A stretch of DNA of 64,000 nt from Candidatus Latescibacterota bacterium (lineage in GTDB: Bacteria; Latescibacterota; UBA2968; UBA8231). The stretch covers positions 1,216,001 through 1,280,000 of the forward strand of contig CBDCXV010000011.1 of the NCBI GenBank assembly GCA_965223905.1. The letters run 5' to 3'. The number at the start of each line of letters is the position of its first letter. Within the stretch, counting starts at the first letter, position 1. The position numbers were made by a program, and so were the translations under genes. A model generated the notes under the pieces. That model did not search any database. It saw nothing but the letters and a program-made list of their open reading frames with translations, and was not told where the DNA came from. Of the stretch, positions 55,068 to 64,000 are shown in pieces.

Positions 55068-55261
55068 TCAGAAGGCTTTTTCGCCGCCGGATTCCTTCAG
55101 GATGTGATGGCGGTGTGACGCGATTTTATTTTTCGGGCAACGGTAACGTGTCTTTTTGTCAGAGGGCTGTACCAGATCTCGTGACTGCCCTTCCCATCCC
55201 GAACTTTATGGCATCCCATATCCGTGAGCAGTCTTCTGACCTGCCTTGAAAAATCCGCCAC
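55068..55261 (-). CDS. hicA: HicA-family toxin (not in the ORF track); frameshift near its 3' end
   Basis: GTG overlapping the upstream stop: MADFSRQVRRLLTDMGCHKVRDGKGSHEIWYSPLTKRHVTVARKIKSRHTA; the tail (N)HILKESG is restored by one added A. Confidence 0.8.
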
Positions 55262-55494
55262 TACACAAACTCAAGCACTGTTTCGCCGTGTATTTTGCAG
55301 GGAAGGGAGGCGGCCGTGTCGCCTGTAACGCCGTTCAGGCGCAGCAATTCCGGCACCAGGCTGCGCGCCTCCTCGATTATGCCATCGAGGGTGTCTGCTT
55401 CAATGACCAAGCCCGGGACCTCCTCACTGGTGGCAACCCATACCTTCGCTTCGGAATCCCAGATCGAACTTATAGTGATTTCCCCGACGGCCAT
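55261..55494 (-). CDS. DUF1902 / HicB-like antitoxin
   Basis: WDSEAKVWVATSEEVPGLVIEADTLD...VPELL.LN. Confidence 0.85.
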   Translation of the reverse strand: MAVGEITISSIWDSEAKVWVATSEEVPGLVIEADTLDGIIEEARSLVPELLRLNGVTGDTAASLPCKIHGETVLEFV

Positions 55495-55599
55495 ATCGCT
55501 CCTCCTTGATTCGAAACAGTACCGGAGGTGATCAACGCGTTTTCCGCCCCTTGCTCCCTCTGGACAGGGGGCCTTGCTGGTCCGGGTACCACATGCCGA

Positions 55600-56276
55600 T
55601 CAATCCGGCGCCGCCTCGCGGCGGCGGAGATCACCCTGCAAAATCGTTCTGTCAACGCGAGCCCTCGTCCAAACCAGCTGGCCGAACGGGATGCTGGGAC
55701 ATGGCTCCATTCCAGGCAGGACTTGCCGGGTGCAACCCTGAAAGTTTTCGGAGTGACGAGGGCGACGTCGACGCGGTCGGCATACCTGCCTCGGTGCTGA
55801 AAACAGAGAGCATTCTCCGCCACCCGGGCCAGTTGGTTACGGTGAAGGTCATGGGTGACATCATGGGACAGATCCGAATACATCTTCATCTCGCAGAAGC
55901 ATATCCAAGGCTCGGAAACATCATCGAGCTCTATCCCGCCCTTGGTTTCCCCCCTGCCACGGATAGTGCCAATGGCGAGGTCGAGATGGGTGTTCCCCTC
56001 CTGTTTTCTCGGGGGCAGCGGCATGGCTTCCATCCATATCTTCGGGTAGCGCTGATACAGGTCGGCGCCAGTCAGGATTTTCGTGAGCCGGGCCACACCG
56101 TCGGCTCCCACAATCGCGTACCCGCAGGCGGCTAGAAAAAGTCCAGAGTTGCTCATCTCGGCCGGCTGAATTTCCGCACACCCGCTGTGCCAATCGTCCT
56201 ATTCGACGCTGCCCAGAGAGAGGTACCGGGTTATGGCGCTGCAGTTTTCTCTCAATAATTCCTCAAGGGGTTTCAT
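55600..56276 (-). pseudogene. Degraded PD-(D/E)XK-like nuclease
   Basis: EGNTHLD...FCEMK..SD...RNQLAR; in-frame TAG near 56200 and an eroded C-terminus. Confidence 0.5.
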
Positions 56277-56307
56277 TTCTCCCTCCTTATGAACGATCCC
56301 GATGGTA

Positions 56308-56631
56308 TTAGCCTTTGCCTACATCCGAGAAGTTGGTTATTACAACCTCCCCTTCAGGAAACTCGGCGACGATCTTCAGCTGTCCGCCTAACGCTTCGAT
56401 GTAGGATCGAAGGGTCGAGATGTACATGTCCGTCCGCCGCTCCATCTTGGCGATGGCGGGTTGGTTTACCGTCAAGGTTGCGGCGAGCGCCTTCTGTGTC
56501 ATAACCAGCGCCTGCCGCAGCTCGTGCAGCGGCATGGCGACCCGCAACTCGGCCTTCTTTTCTTCGACCCGCTGACGGCGCTCCGGCGTGAAGTCTTTGG
56601 TCAACTCACGAAAGGGACGGTGTCTGCTCAT
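56308..56631 (-). CDS. XRE/HigA-type HTH antitoxin
   Basis: LHELRQA..MTQ..LA..L.VNQPAIAKMERRTDMYISTLRSYIEALGG. Confidence 0.9.
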   Translation of the reverse strand: MSRHRPFRELTKDFTPERRQRVEEKKAELRVAMPLHELRQALVMTQKALAATLTVNQPAIAKMERRTDMYISTLRSYIEALGGQLKIVAEFPEGEVVITNFSDVGKG

Positions 56632-56864
56632 GGGATCAATCCTTCCTTTCGCAAGGTTTCAAGATGCTCGTCGTAGAGTCTATCAGCTACCGGCACGTAC
56701 TGATCGTAAAACCGTTCGTTGCCCGTCTTGTCTCCCCCGATCAACAGGATCGCTACCCGTCTCGGATCAAAGGCATAGAAGACGCGGATCGGCTTACCGC
56801 CGCTTTGTATTCTGAGCTCGCGCATATGTCCGTGGCACGACCCACGTATGTCCGAGGAATAAGG

Positions 56865-58328
56865 GGGTCTATCCGGGTTTTTCAACGCCGAAACGTAAGT
56901 ACGGAAAGTACCTGAGCCCTTGCTGTCCATCTGAGTACATGACAAGGCCATAGGTCGTTCCCTATGCTTGGTGTATCCCCATCAAGCACTCCCCAAGAAA
57001 GGGAAGGGAAGGCGACCTATGACCGCTATGAAGTTCGTCTCCAAGCTGTTCCAATTCAAGGGATTTCGCGCGGTGGGCGTGTGGTTCGAAGGACACGGGG
57101 AAGAAGCGGCCGTCGTGGTCGCGGTGAAGCCCCAAAGGAACGGGTGCCGGTGTCCCGAGTGTGGGCGCCGCGGCAAGATCGTACAGGTCATGGAGTTCCG
57201 CCGCTGGCGCGACGTCCGCGTTTGCGGCCGTACCCTCTGGTTGCACCACGCCCCTCGGGAGATCCGCTGCCCGACCCACGGCCGTCGCGTCGAGGAGGTG
57301 CCCTGGGCGGCGCCCTCGGCCCAGGTCAGCTACCGCTTCGAATACCTGCTGCTGAGGTACTGCCAGTGGATGACGCAGGCCGCCGCCGCGCGCCTGCTGG
57401 GTCTGGCCCCGTCGACCCTGTCCGACCAGCTGCACCGGCTCATCGAGCGCCGGCGTACGGGGCACCGCATCCGCCGGCTGAAGACCCTCGGCATCGACGA
57501 GATCTCCTACGCCAAGGGCCATAAATACGCTACCCTGGTCTACGACCTGGAACGCTCCCGTGTCGTCTGGGTCGGCAAGGGCAAGGCACGGAAGACCATC
57601 GACGCGTTTTTCCGGGACCATCTCAGCGCCTTCCAGAAGGACCGCATCCGCTGGGCCTGCTGCGACCTGAGCGAGACCTTCATCGGCGCCATCCGGCAGC
57701 ATGGTCCCAACGCCGAGTTGGTCCTGGACCGATTCCACGTCGTCAAGGCCCTCAACGAAGCCGTCGACGAGGTGCGCAAGGAGCAGTGGCGGCAAGCCTG
57801 TGGCGAGGACCGCAAGCTGCTCAAGGGCCTGCGCTGGGTGCTGCTGCATCACTCCGCCCAGCGCTCGCGAAAGGATCGGCGCACGCTCCAAACCCTGGAG
57901 AAGGCCAACCGCCGCATCTACCGCGCCTGGCGCCTGAAGGACGAGTTCGAGCACTTCTGGCGCTACAAGGCGCGCTGGGCCGCCGAACGCTTCCTCAAGA
58001 AGTGGACGACGGCGGCCCTGCGCAGCCGCCTGCAGCCCCTGCGCAAGTTCGTCAACACGGTGCGCAAGCAGGCGGCCGGCATCACCGCCTTCGTCGACAC
58101 GCACCTGACCAACGCCGCCGCCGAAGGGCTCAATCGCATTATCCGCATGGTCAAGAATCGAGCCAGTGGATTTAAAACTCTGGATGCCTTTGCCGACCTG
58201 ATTTACCTGTGCGTCGGAGACCTCGATATCCCTGCGCAGATTCCGGCCCGATTCCGTACAGTATGAAACCCTAAAAATCTCATTGGGGAAACGCTATAAA
58301 TACCACGTTGAAAAACCCGTATATAGCC
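56865..58328 (+). mobile_element. ISL3-family IS copy 2, 1464 bp, 8 bp TSD GAATAAGG
   Basis: Same ends, length and ORF translations as 24122-25585; TSD at 56857-56864 and 58329-58336. Confidence 0.95.
57019..58266 (+). CDS. ISL3 transposase
   Basis: Identical translation to copy 1. Confidence 0.95.
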   Translation: MTAMKFVSKLFQFKGFRAVGVWFEGHGEEAAVVVAVKPQRNGCRCPECGRRGKIVQVMEFRRWRDVRVCGRTLWLHHAPREIRCPTHGRRVEEVPWAAPSAQVSYRFEYLLLRYCQWMTQAAAARLLGLAPSTLSDQLHRLIERRRTGHRIRRLKTLGIDEISYAKGHKYATLVYDLERSRVVWVGKGKARKTIDAFFRDHLSAFQKDRIRWACCDLSETFIGAIRQHGPNAELVLDRFHVVKALNEAVDEVRKEQWRQACGEDRKLLKGLRWVLLHHSAQRSRKDRRTLQTLEKANRRIYRAWRLKDEFEHFWRYKARWAAERFLKKWTTAALRSRLQPLRKFVNTVRKQAAGITAFVDTHLTNAAAEGLNRIIRMVKNRASGFKTLDAFADLIYLCVGDLDIPAQIPARFRTV

Positions 58329-58445
58329 GAATAAGGATGCGGCAGTTGAGGACCGCGCTCTTGGAGCAACTCCACCATTGCAGCAATGTCTTCCTGTTGC
58401 GAAGCCGAAAGTCCCAGCCACCATTCGCCAAACTCGTTTGTATAT

Positions 58446-58895
58446 TCAACCTCCCACACCTGATTCTTTGATCTCGACCACAGCCAGCACGACGCCTCCG
58501 CGCAGGATGTCATTAGTGAAGATGATAGACGTAGCCCCCTGGCTTTGTTCGACTATATAATCGCGCCCTTTTTTCAGCTTGCCGAAGCGGGCTATCAACT
58601 CCTTCAGCCTTTGATCCGGTTTGAGGGCCAGAGATTCGCCGATGGATACGATTTTGACTCGGGGATCGTCGACTCCAGGTTTTTTGCCAAGCCTATATAT
58701 TTTTCCCAAGCTCAAACCGCCGCCCGTTTCGAGAAAGCCGTCTTTCTTGAGACGCTCCTCGGTCCCTACTACAAAGGCCGAAACTTCCGTCTTCTCCATG
58801 TCGGCCCGTAGCTCGGCCTTCTTCGCTTCGACACGCTGACGGCGCTCCGGCGTGAAGTCTTTGGTCAACTCACGAAAGGGACGGTGTCTGCACAT
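58446..58895 (-). CDS. Chimeric ORF: duplicated antitoxin N-terminus fused to an unrelated AT-richer fragment
   Basis: The first 30 aa are nearly identical to those of 56308..56631; the remainder is unrelated. Confidence 0.5.
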   Translation of the reverse strand: MCRHRPFRELTKDFTPERRQRVEAKKAELRADMEKTEVSAFVVGTEERLKKDGFLETGGGLSLGKIYRLGKKPGVDDPRVKIVSIGESLALKPDQRLKELIARFGKLKKGRDYIVEQSQGATSIIFTNDILRGGVVLAVVEIKESGVGG

Positions 58896-59100
58896 GGATC
58901 AATCCATTCAGTCATACATTCCTTAGAAGGAATGTATGGTCGCCATGGGGACATCGCAATTGCCCATTTGGTCGCCTTCATGGGTATGGAGCCCACGCGG
59001 CGCCTGTTCATCCTGCGTCCAGCGCCCTCTATATTGATCTTGCCGGGGGCATAGGCCGTCCCTCCAGAAATCCCCCGCACCACCAATCCTGCATCCGTCC

Positions 59101-60480
59101 ATGGACCCATTCACCAACGCGTGCCCGGAGCTCCAGGCCCTCCTTGGAAAACGCCTGTCCGTGGCCGGCGAAGTGCTCGCCTCCCACTCGAAGGACGCCT
59201 CCCACCACCGGCCGCAGCCGCCCCAGGCGGTCGCCTTCCCGAACGGCAATCCCGAGGTCGCGGCCCTGGTCGAGATCTGCCGGCGCCACCGCCTGCCGGT
59301 CATCCCCTTCGGCAAGGGGACCGCAGTGGAAGGGGGCGTGGTCGCGGTCAGCGGCGGGCTCAGCGTCGACCTCTCCCGCATGAACGCCATCCTCGAGGTC
59401 AACGCCGGCGACCTCGATGCCAGGGTCGAGGCGGGGGTGACGCGCAAGCAGCTCAACCGCCATCTCGCGGAAGCCGGCACCGGCCTGCACTTCCCGGTCG
59501 ACCCGGGGGCCGACGCCAGCCTCGGCGGCATGGCGGCCACCCGGGCTTCCGGCACCGAGGCGGTCGGCTACGGCACCATGCGCGAGAACGTGCTGGGGTT
59601 GACGGTGGTGACCGCGGACGGGCGGCTGGTGCGGACCGGCGGCCGCGCGCGCAAATCGGCCGCGGGGTACGACCTCACCCGGCTGCTGGTCGGCTCCGAA
59701 GGGACCCTCGGCATCATCACCGAGGTCTGCGTCAGGCTGGCGCGCCTGCCCGAGGCCATCGCCGCGGCGGTCTGCCCCTTTCCCGGGATCGAAGCGGCCA
59801 CCGCGGCGGTAATCGAGCTGATTTCGGCAGGCATCCGGGTCGCGCGAAGCGAGCTCCTCGACGAGATCCAGATCGACGCCGTCAACCGCTACGCCGGCTT
59901 CGACCACCCAGTCACGCCGACGCTGTTCCTCGAGTTCCACGGCAGCGAGCAGGCTGTCGCCGAGCAGGCCGCGGCCGCCGGGGCCATCGCCGCCCGCCAC
60001 GGGGGAGCGGATTTCCGCTGGGCCACCGAGGCATCGGAGCGGGAGCGTCTCTGGCAGGCCCGCCACGACGGGTACTACGCCTGCCTGGCCCTGCGCCCCG
60101 GCTCGGTCGGGTACGTCACCGACGTCTGCGTGCCGGTCTCACGGCTGGCCGACTGCATACTGCGAGCCAAGCGCGACCTTTCCGGCTCGGAGCTGATTGC
60201 CCCGGTCTTCGGGCACGTGGGGGACGGCAACTTCCACGTCGTCTACCTGCTCGACCCGCAGCGCCCCGAAGAGCTGGAGGAGGCCCGCCGTCTCGGGGAC
60301 CGCCTGATTGCCCACGCCCTCGAGCTGGGCGGCACCTGCAGCGGCGAGCACGGCATCGGCATCGGCAAGCTCGACGCCCTCGAGCGGGAGTTCGGCGAGG
60401 GAGTGGAGCTCATGCGCGACATCAAGCGGGCCCTGGATCCGGACAACATCATGAACCCGGGAAAGGTGGTGCGGCTGTAG
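59101..60480 (+). CDS. FAD-linked oxidase (D-lactate dehydrogenase/GlcD family)
   Basis: PVDPGADASLGGM, KSAAGYDL, GSEGTLG, GHVGDGNFH, GEHGIG, NPGK. Confidence 0.92.
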   Translation: MDPFTNACPELQALLGKRLSVAGEVLASHSKDASHHRPQPPQAVAFPNGNPEVAALVEICRRHRLPVIPFGKGTAVEGGVVAVSGGLSVDLSRMNAILEVNAGDLDARVEAGVTRKQLNRHLAEAGTGLHFPVDPGADASLGGMAATRASGTEAVGYGTMRENVLGLTVVTADGRLVRTGGRARKSAAGYDLTRLLVGSEGTLGIITEVCVRLARLPEAIAAAVCPFPGIEAATAAVIELISAGIRVARSELLDEIQIDAVNRYAGFDHPVTPTLFLEFHGSEQAVAEQAAAAGAIAARHGGADFRWATEASERERLWQARHDGYYACLALRPGSVGYVTDVCVPVSRLADCILRAKRDLSGSELIAPVFGHVGDGNFHVVYLLDPQRPEELEEARRLGDRLIAHALELGGTCSGEHGIGIGKLDALEREFGEGVELMRDIKRALDPDNIMNPGKVVRL

Positions 60481-60604
60481 CCCCTCGGAGGGGCCGCGAA
60501 GGCCGCGATCGGCTTTACCCTCGGCAGGCGATTTTCTATCGTTAGCCGCCCTCGACGGCACCCCCACCCGCGCAGAAAACAGCCTCCCACCCGGAAAAAG
60601 CCTA

Positions 60605-61831
60605 ATGAAGATCACCGACGTAGAAGTCTTCCACATCAACCCGCGCCTGGCCGACCGCAACGCCGGCCAGAAGCCGCGTTTCGTCGGCATCGACACCCAG
60701 ACCGTGTACAAGGTCGCCACCGACAACGGCATCGTCGGCTACGGCGAAACGCGCGGCCACTCCCATCTCCCGGAGAAGACCCTCGGCGCGCTCGTCGGCC
60801 GCAATCCCTTCGAGTTCGTCAACGCCCCCTGGACCGGCGGCCTGACCGGGGCGCTCTTCGACGTCATGGGCAAGCACGTCGAGCTGCCGGCGTACCGGCT
60901 GATGGGAGAGAAGGTGCGGGAGCGCGTGCCGGTGGCGGCCTGGACGCGGCCGGCTTCCCCGGAGGACTTGGCGGCCGAGGTGCAGCGCGCCGCGGACGAG
61001 GGGTACACTCTCTTCAAGATGCACACCTGCACCTACTACGACGTGCTCGAGCAGCACCGGGCGGTCGAGGACGTCGCCCCCCCGGGATTCCTCATGCACT
61101 ACGACTTCAACCACAACCGCACCCCGGACTCGGTGTCGCGGCTGATCGAGGAGCTGGAGAAGTCGCCGATCACCGGCTTCATCGAGGACCCGGTGCGCTG
61201 GCAGGACCTCGACGGCTGGCGCTCCCTGCGGGCGAGGACGCGGCTGCCGCTGGTGATGCACGTGCCCCAGCTCGGAGGCGGGCCGGAGATCATCCACGGC
61301 TGCGCCGACTTGTACATGGTCGGCGAAGGGGGTACCGGCACCCCGGTGCAGTGCGGCTTCGCCTGCGCCCAGGCCAACCTGTCGGTGGTGATCCAGATGA
61401 CCGGCGGCACCCTGTGCAAGGCCCTGGCCATGCACCTGGGGGCGGTGCTGCCGAACCTGTCGCATTCCATCAACCTCGACGACCAGTACGGCGAGGACGT
61501 CACCGGCGGCCGCCTCGAGGTCGCCGAGGGCAGCACCCCGGTCCCCGAGGAGCCGGGGCTCGGCGTCTCCGTCGACGAGGCGGAGCTGGCGCGCATCGCC
61601 CGGAACCCGAAGACGGTGCTGCCGCGATTCATCACGGTGACGCGCCTGCCCCGCGGCGGGGTCTACTCGACGGCGGGCTGGCCCAGCGTCGAGAGCCTCA
61701 CCGGTTTCGCCGAGGGAACGGTAAGGGGGATCCGCCTCGACATGCGCGACGACGACGGCAGCGACGAGTTCGACCGCCTCTACCGGGAGCTCTCGGAGCA
61801 GGGCCCCCGCTTCGACAACCCCAACGCCTGA
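60605..61831 (+). CDS. Mandelate racemase/enolase-superfamily protein
   Basis: KMHT, YDFN, IEDP, PEEPGLGV. Confidence 0.9.
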   Translation: MKITDVEVFHINPRLADRNAGQKPRFVGIDTQTVYKVATDNGIVGYGETRGHSHLPEKTLGALVGRNPFEFVNAPWTGGLTGALFDVMGKHVELPAYRLMGEKVRERVPVAAWTRPASPEDLAAEVQRAADEGYTLFKMHTCTYYDVLEQHRAVEDVAPPGFLMHYDFNHNRTPDSVSRLIEELEKSPITGFIEDPVRWQDLDGWRSLRARTRLPLVMHVPQLGGGPEIIHGCADLYMVGEGGTGTPVQCGFACAQANLSVVIQMTGGTLCKALAMHLGAVLPNLSHSINLDDQYGEDVTGGRLEVAEGSTPVPEEPGLGVSVDEAELARIARNPKTVLPRFITVTRLPRGGVYSTAGWPSVESLTGFAEGTVRGIRLDMRDDDGSDEFDRLYRELSEQGPRFDNPNA

Positions 61832-61929
61832 GCGCAAGCCGGCCAGGTATCCACCACCCCACAAGCCGGCCGCCCTGTGCGGCCGAGCGATAACGAGACA
61901 GCTCGCGCTGTGCTCATGGGCGACATCGG

Positions 61930-63069
61930 ATGACTCTCATCGACCAACTGACCCGCATCGGCAGCGGCACGACGGGCCGCGCCTCCTCCTGGGACACCAG
62001 CGGCCGCAACGCCGACTTCTGGGCCTTCGAGCCGGGGGAATCCCGGGTGCTCGCCGACCTCGACGGCCCCGGCGCCATCACCCACCTGTGGATGACCCAG
62101 CCGAACCACTACCGCGAGGTGCTGCTGAAGATCACCTGGGACAATGCCGGGCAGCCGAGCGTGCTCTGTCCGCTCGGGGACTTCTTCGGGCTCGGCCACG
62201 GGATCGTCAACTCCTACCAGTCGCTCCTGTTCACCGCCTCGACCCGCCGCGACAACTGCTTCAACGAGGGATGCGCCCTCAACAGCTACGCGCGCATGCC
62301 GTTCCGCGAACGCGCCGTCGTCGAGCTCGTCAACGAGAGCAGGGAGCTTCACCGCCAGTACTTCTACGTCGACTACGAGCAGGACGCCTCGTCGCCGCCC
62401 GAGGACGCCGGGTATTTCCACGCCGAGTTCCGCCGCGAGAACCCGTTCGGCGGCTGGGCGCACGACATCCTCGTCAACCACCCGGAAGCCGACGTCGTCA
62501 ACAAGGAGCGCACCGCCTGGGAGAACAACTACGTCATCCTCGACACCGCGGGCCGCGGCCACTACATCGGCTGCAACCTCAGTGTCACCAACTTCCAGGG
62601 GACCTGGTGGGGGGAGGGGGACGACATGATCTGGGTCGACGGGTACAAGTGGCCCCCCGACCTGCACGGCACCGGCAGCGAGGACTACCTCAACCAGGCC
62701 TGGGGCATGCAGGACAACGCCTTCCTGCGCAACGGCTCGTCGATCCACGAGGAGAACACCGGCGGCTACCAGACCAGCTACGTCCACCACCTCGAAAACC
62801 CGGTCCGCTTCGAGAGGGAGATCAAGGTCACCATCGAGCACGGGCACGGGAACCATCTCTGCAACGAGATGAGCAGCGTCGCCTACTGGTACGCGGCGGA
62901 GCCGGGCCGGGTGAAGAAGCCGCCCGCGGTGGCCAGGCGCATGCCGGTGCTCCGCGACAACCGGGGAAACTGGCTGTATCAGCGCCGCAACCAGACGACG
63001 TCGAGGCGGGTCGAGCCGAACCGCGAGATGCGGGGGATGGCGGAGAAGTGGAAGAAGCGGGGCTCCTGA
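61930..63069 (+). CDS. DUF2961 (GH172-like) protein
   Basis: RASSWD.SGRNAD, GPGAITHLWMT, PLGDFFG, WWGEGD, GTGSEDY, SSVAYWY. Confidence 0.9.
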   Translation: MTLIDQLTRIGSGTTGRASSWDTSGRNADFWAFEPGESRVLADLDGPGAITHLWMTQPNHYREVLLKITWDNAGQPSVLCPLGDFFGLGHGIVNSYQSLLFTASTRRDNCFNEGCALNSYARMPFRERAVVELVNESRELHRQYFYVDYEQDASSPPEDAGYFHAEFRRENPFGGWAHDILVNHPEADVVNKERTAWENNYVILDTAGRGHYIGCNLSVTNFQGTWWGEGDDMIWVDGYKWPPDLHGTGSEDYLNQAWGMQDNAFLRNGSSIHEENTGGYQTSYVHHLENPVRFEREIKVTIEHGHGNHLCNEMSSVAYWYAAEPGRVKKPPAVARRMPVLRDNRGNWLYQRRNQTTSRRVEPNREMRGMAEKWKKRGS

Positions 63070-63123
63070 TCCCTGCCGCAATCTCCTCACCCACCCGCAT
63101 GCAAGGCGAATCCGCGGACTGCC

Positions 63124-64000
63124 TTGGTTGAACCGTCCTTCGAGCCGGCCGTCTTCGCGCCCTCGGGACTCGACGGGGAGGCCCTCTACTTCGCCTTCCG
63201 CGGCGACCGCCTGCTGGTGCGAATGGCCGCAGGCCGCCCCGAGGTTCCGCGGCTGGCTTCCTTCGCCGAGGCCCGAGTCGAGAGGCACGCGGGTCCGGGC
63301 GAACCGGGAGATGGCGGCCCTGAACCAGGGGAATCCCCGGGAGCCAGCGGGGACCCAGTCGGAGCCCCCGCCGAAAACCGGGGTTCTGAAGGCCGCGGAC
63401 AAGGAGAAACCCAGGGAGCCGGCACGGGCGGGGACGAACCGTCGGATGCAGGTGGCGGCGGCAACCCTTCGGAATCCCCGGGAGCCGGCGGGGACCGGGC
63501 CGAACTGGGGGGTGCGGGCGGCCGCGACCAGGCAGAATCCCCGACGGGAGCCGGGCGGAGCGGGGCCCAACCTCAGGATACGGACGTTGGCAACAGGTCT
63601 GAATCCCCGGGAGCCTGCCCCGCCGAGCATTACCTCGGGGTCATCGCCGAGGCCCACCCCGGTGAGCACGCCGGCCTTGCCTGCATCGCCGTCGACCTTC
63701 CCGCCTCCGCCGAGGCGGCTGACGGCCTCGCCTTCGAGGGGCTGAGGCAGCTCTTCGGCCTCATCGACGACGAGCTGTTCGCCGTGGCCGGCCGCGCCTT
63801 CCAGGTCGTCGAGTGGGACCGCACCCACCGCTTCTGCGGGCGCTGCGGCGGCGCCACCGTCCACCACGAGCGGGACCGCGCCCGCCAGTGCCCGGGCTGC
63901 GGCCTGGTCTCCTACCCGAGAGTATCGCCGGCCGTCATCGTCCTCGTCAGCCGCGGCGACCGCTTCCTGCTCGCCCGCAACGCCAGCTTCCCCGGAAAGC
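63124..64000 (+). CDS. nudC: NADH pyrophosphatase NudC, partial, with a low-complexity insertion
   Basis: Open frame from TTG 63124: ...AGRAFQVVEWDRTHRFCGRCG...CPGCG..SYPRVSPAVIV...LLAR; runs off the window. Confidence 0.88.
   Translation, partial: MVEPSFEPAVFAPSGLDGEALYFAFRGDRLLVRMAAGRPEVPRLASFAEARVERHAGPGEPGDGGPEPGESPGASGDPVGAPAENRGSEGRGQGETQGAGTGGDEPSDAGGGGNPSESPGAGGDRAELGGAGGRDQAESPTGAGRSGAQPQDTDVGNRSESPGACPAEHYLGVIAEAHPGEHAGLACIAVDLPASAEAADGLAFEGLRQLFGLIDDELFAVAGRAFQVVEWDRTHRFCGRCGGATVHHERDRARQCPGCGLVSYPRVSPAVIVLVSRGDRFLLARNASFPGK

Larger units (their letters stand above)
56628..58459 (-). pseudogene. RelE/HigB (Gp49-like) toxin split by ISL3
   Basis: Rejoined: MWEVEYTNEFGEWW...GPQLPHPYS|SDIRGS.HGHMRELRIQ...RVFYAFDPRR.AILLIGGDK. 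Confidence 0.9.

Overview
GC-rich bacterial chromosome segment. FlgD/T9SS-like 'PNHPNPFN' C-terminal sorting domains, dockerin/EF-hand proteins, eukaryote-like LRR proteins and many toxin-antitoxin (TA) modules suggest an FCB-related (Latescibacterota/Gemmatimonadota-like), possibly host-associated organism; this is inference. The centre (15.5-30.3 kb) is a remodelled type I-G (I-U) CRISPR-Cas island. In order it holds: an N-terminally deleted cas3 with C-terminal HD domain, cas8g2/csb3, three tandem AAA-ATPase/PD-(D/E)XK genes, cas2 interrupted by an ISL3 element, a Phd-VapC TA cassette bracketed by a duplicated cas2 3' end, cas4-cas1, the leader and a 19-repeat/18-spacer array. No csb1 or csb2 is present in the window. 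The island is bounded by two ~88% identical copies of a host gene's 3' end. The least expected signal is that 13 of 18 variable-length spacers end in C-purine-N at the PAM-distal end. Elsewhere: a duplicated sigma54/IHF/enhancer promoter cassette, a nucleoside hydrolase-gluconokinase fusion, mnmA-sirtuin, alpha-2-macroglobulin-pbpC, a TM0106 nuclease-helicase, a second identical ISL3 inside a HigB-like toxin, and NudC with a ~110 aa repeat insertion. Several single-base frameshifts may be long-read assembly errors.
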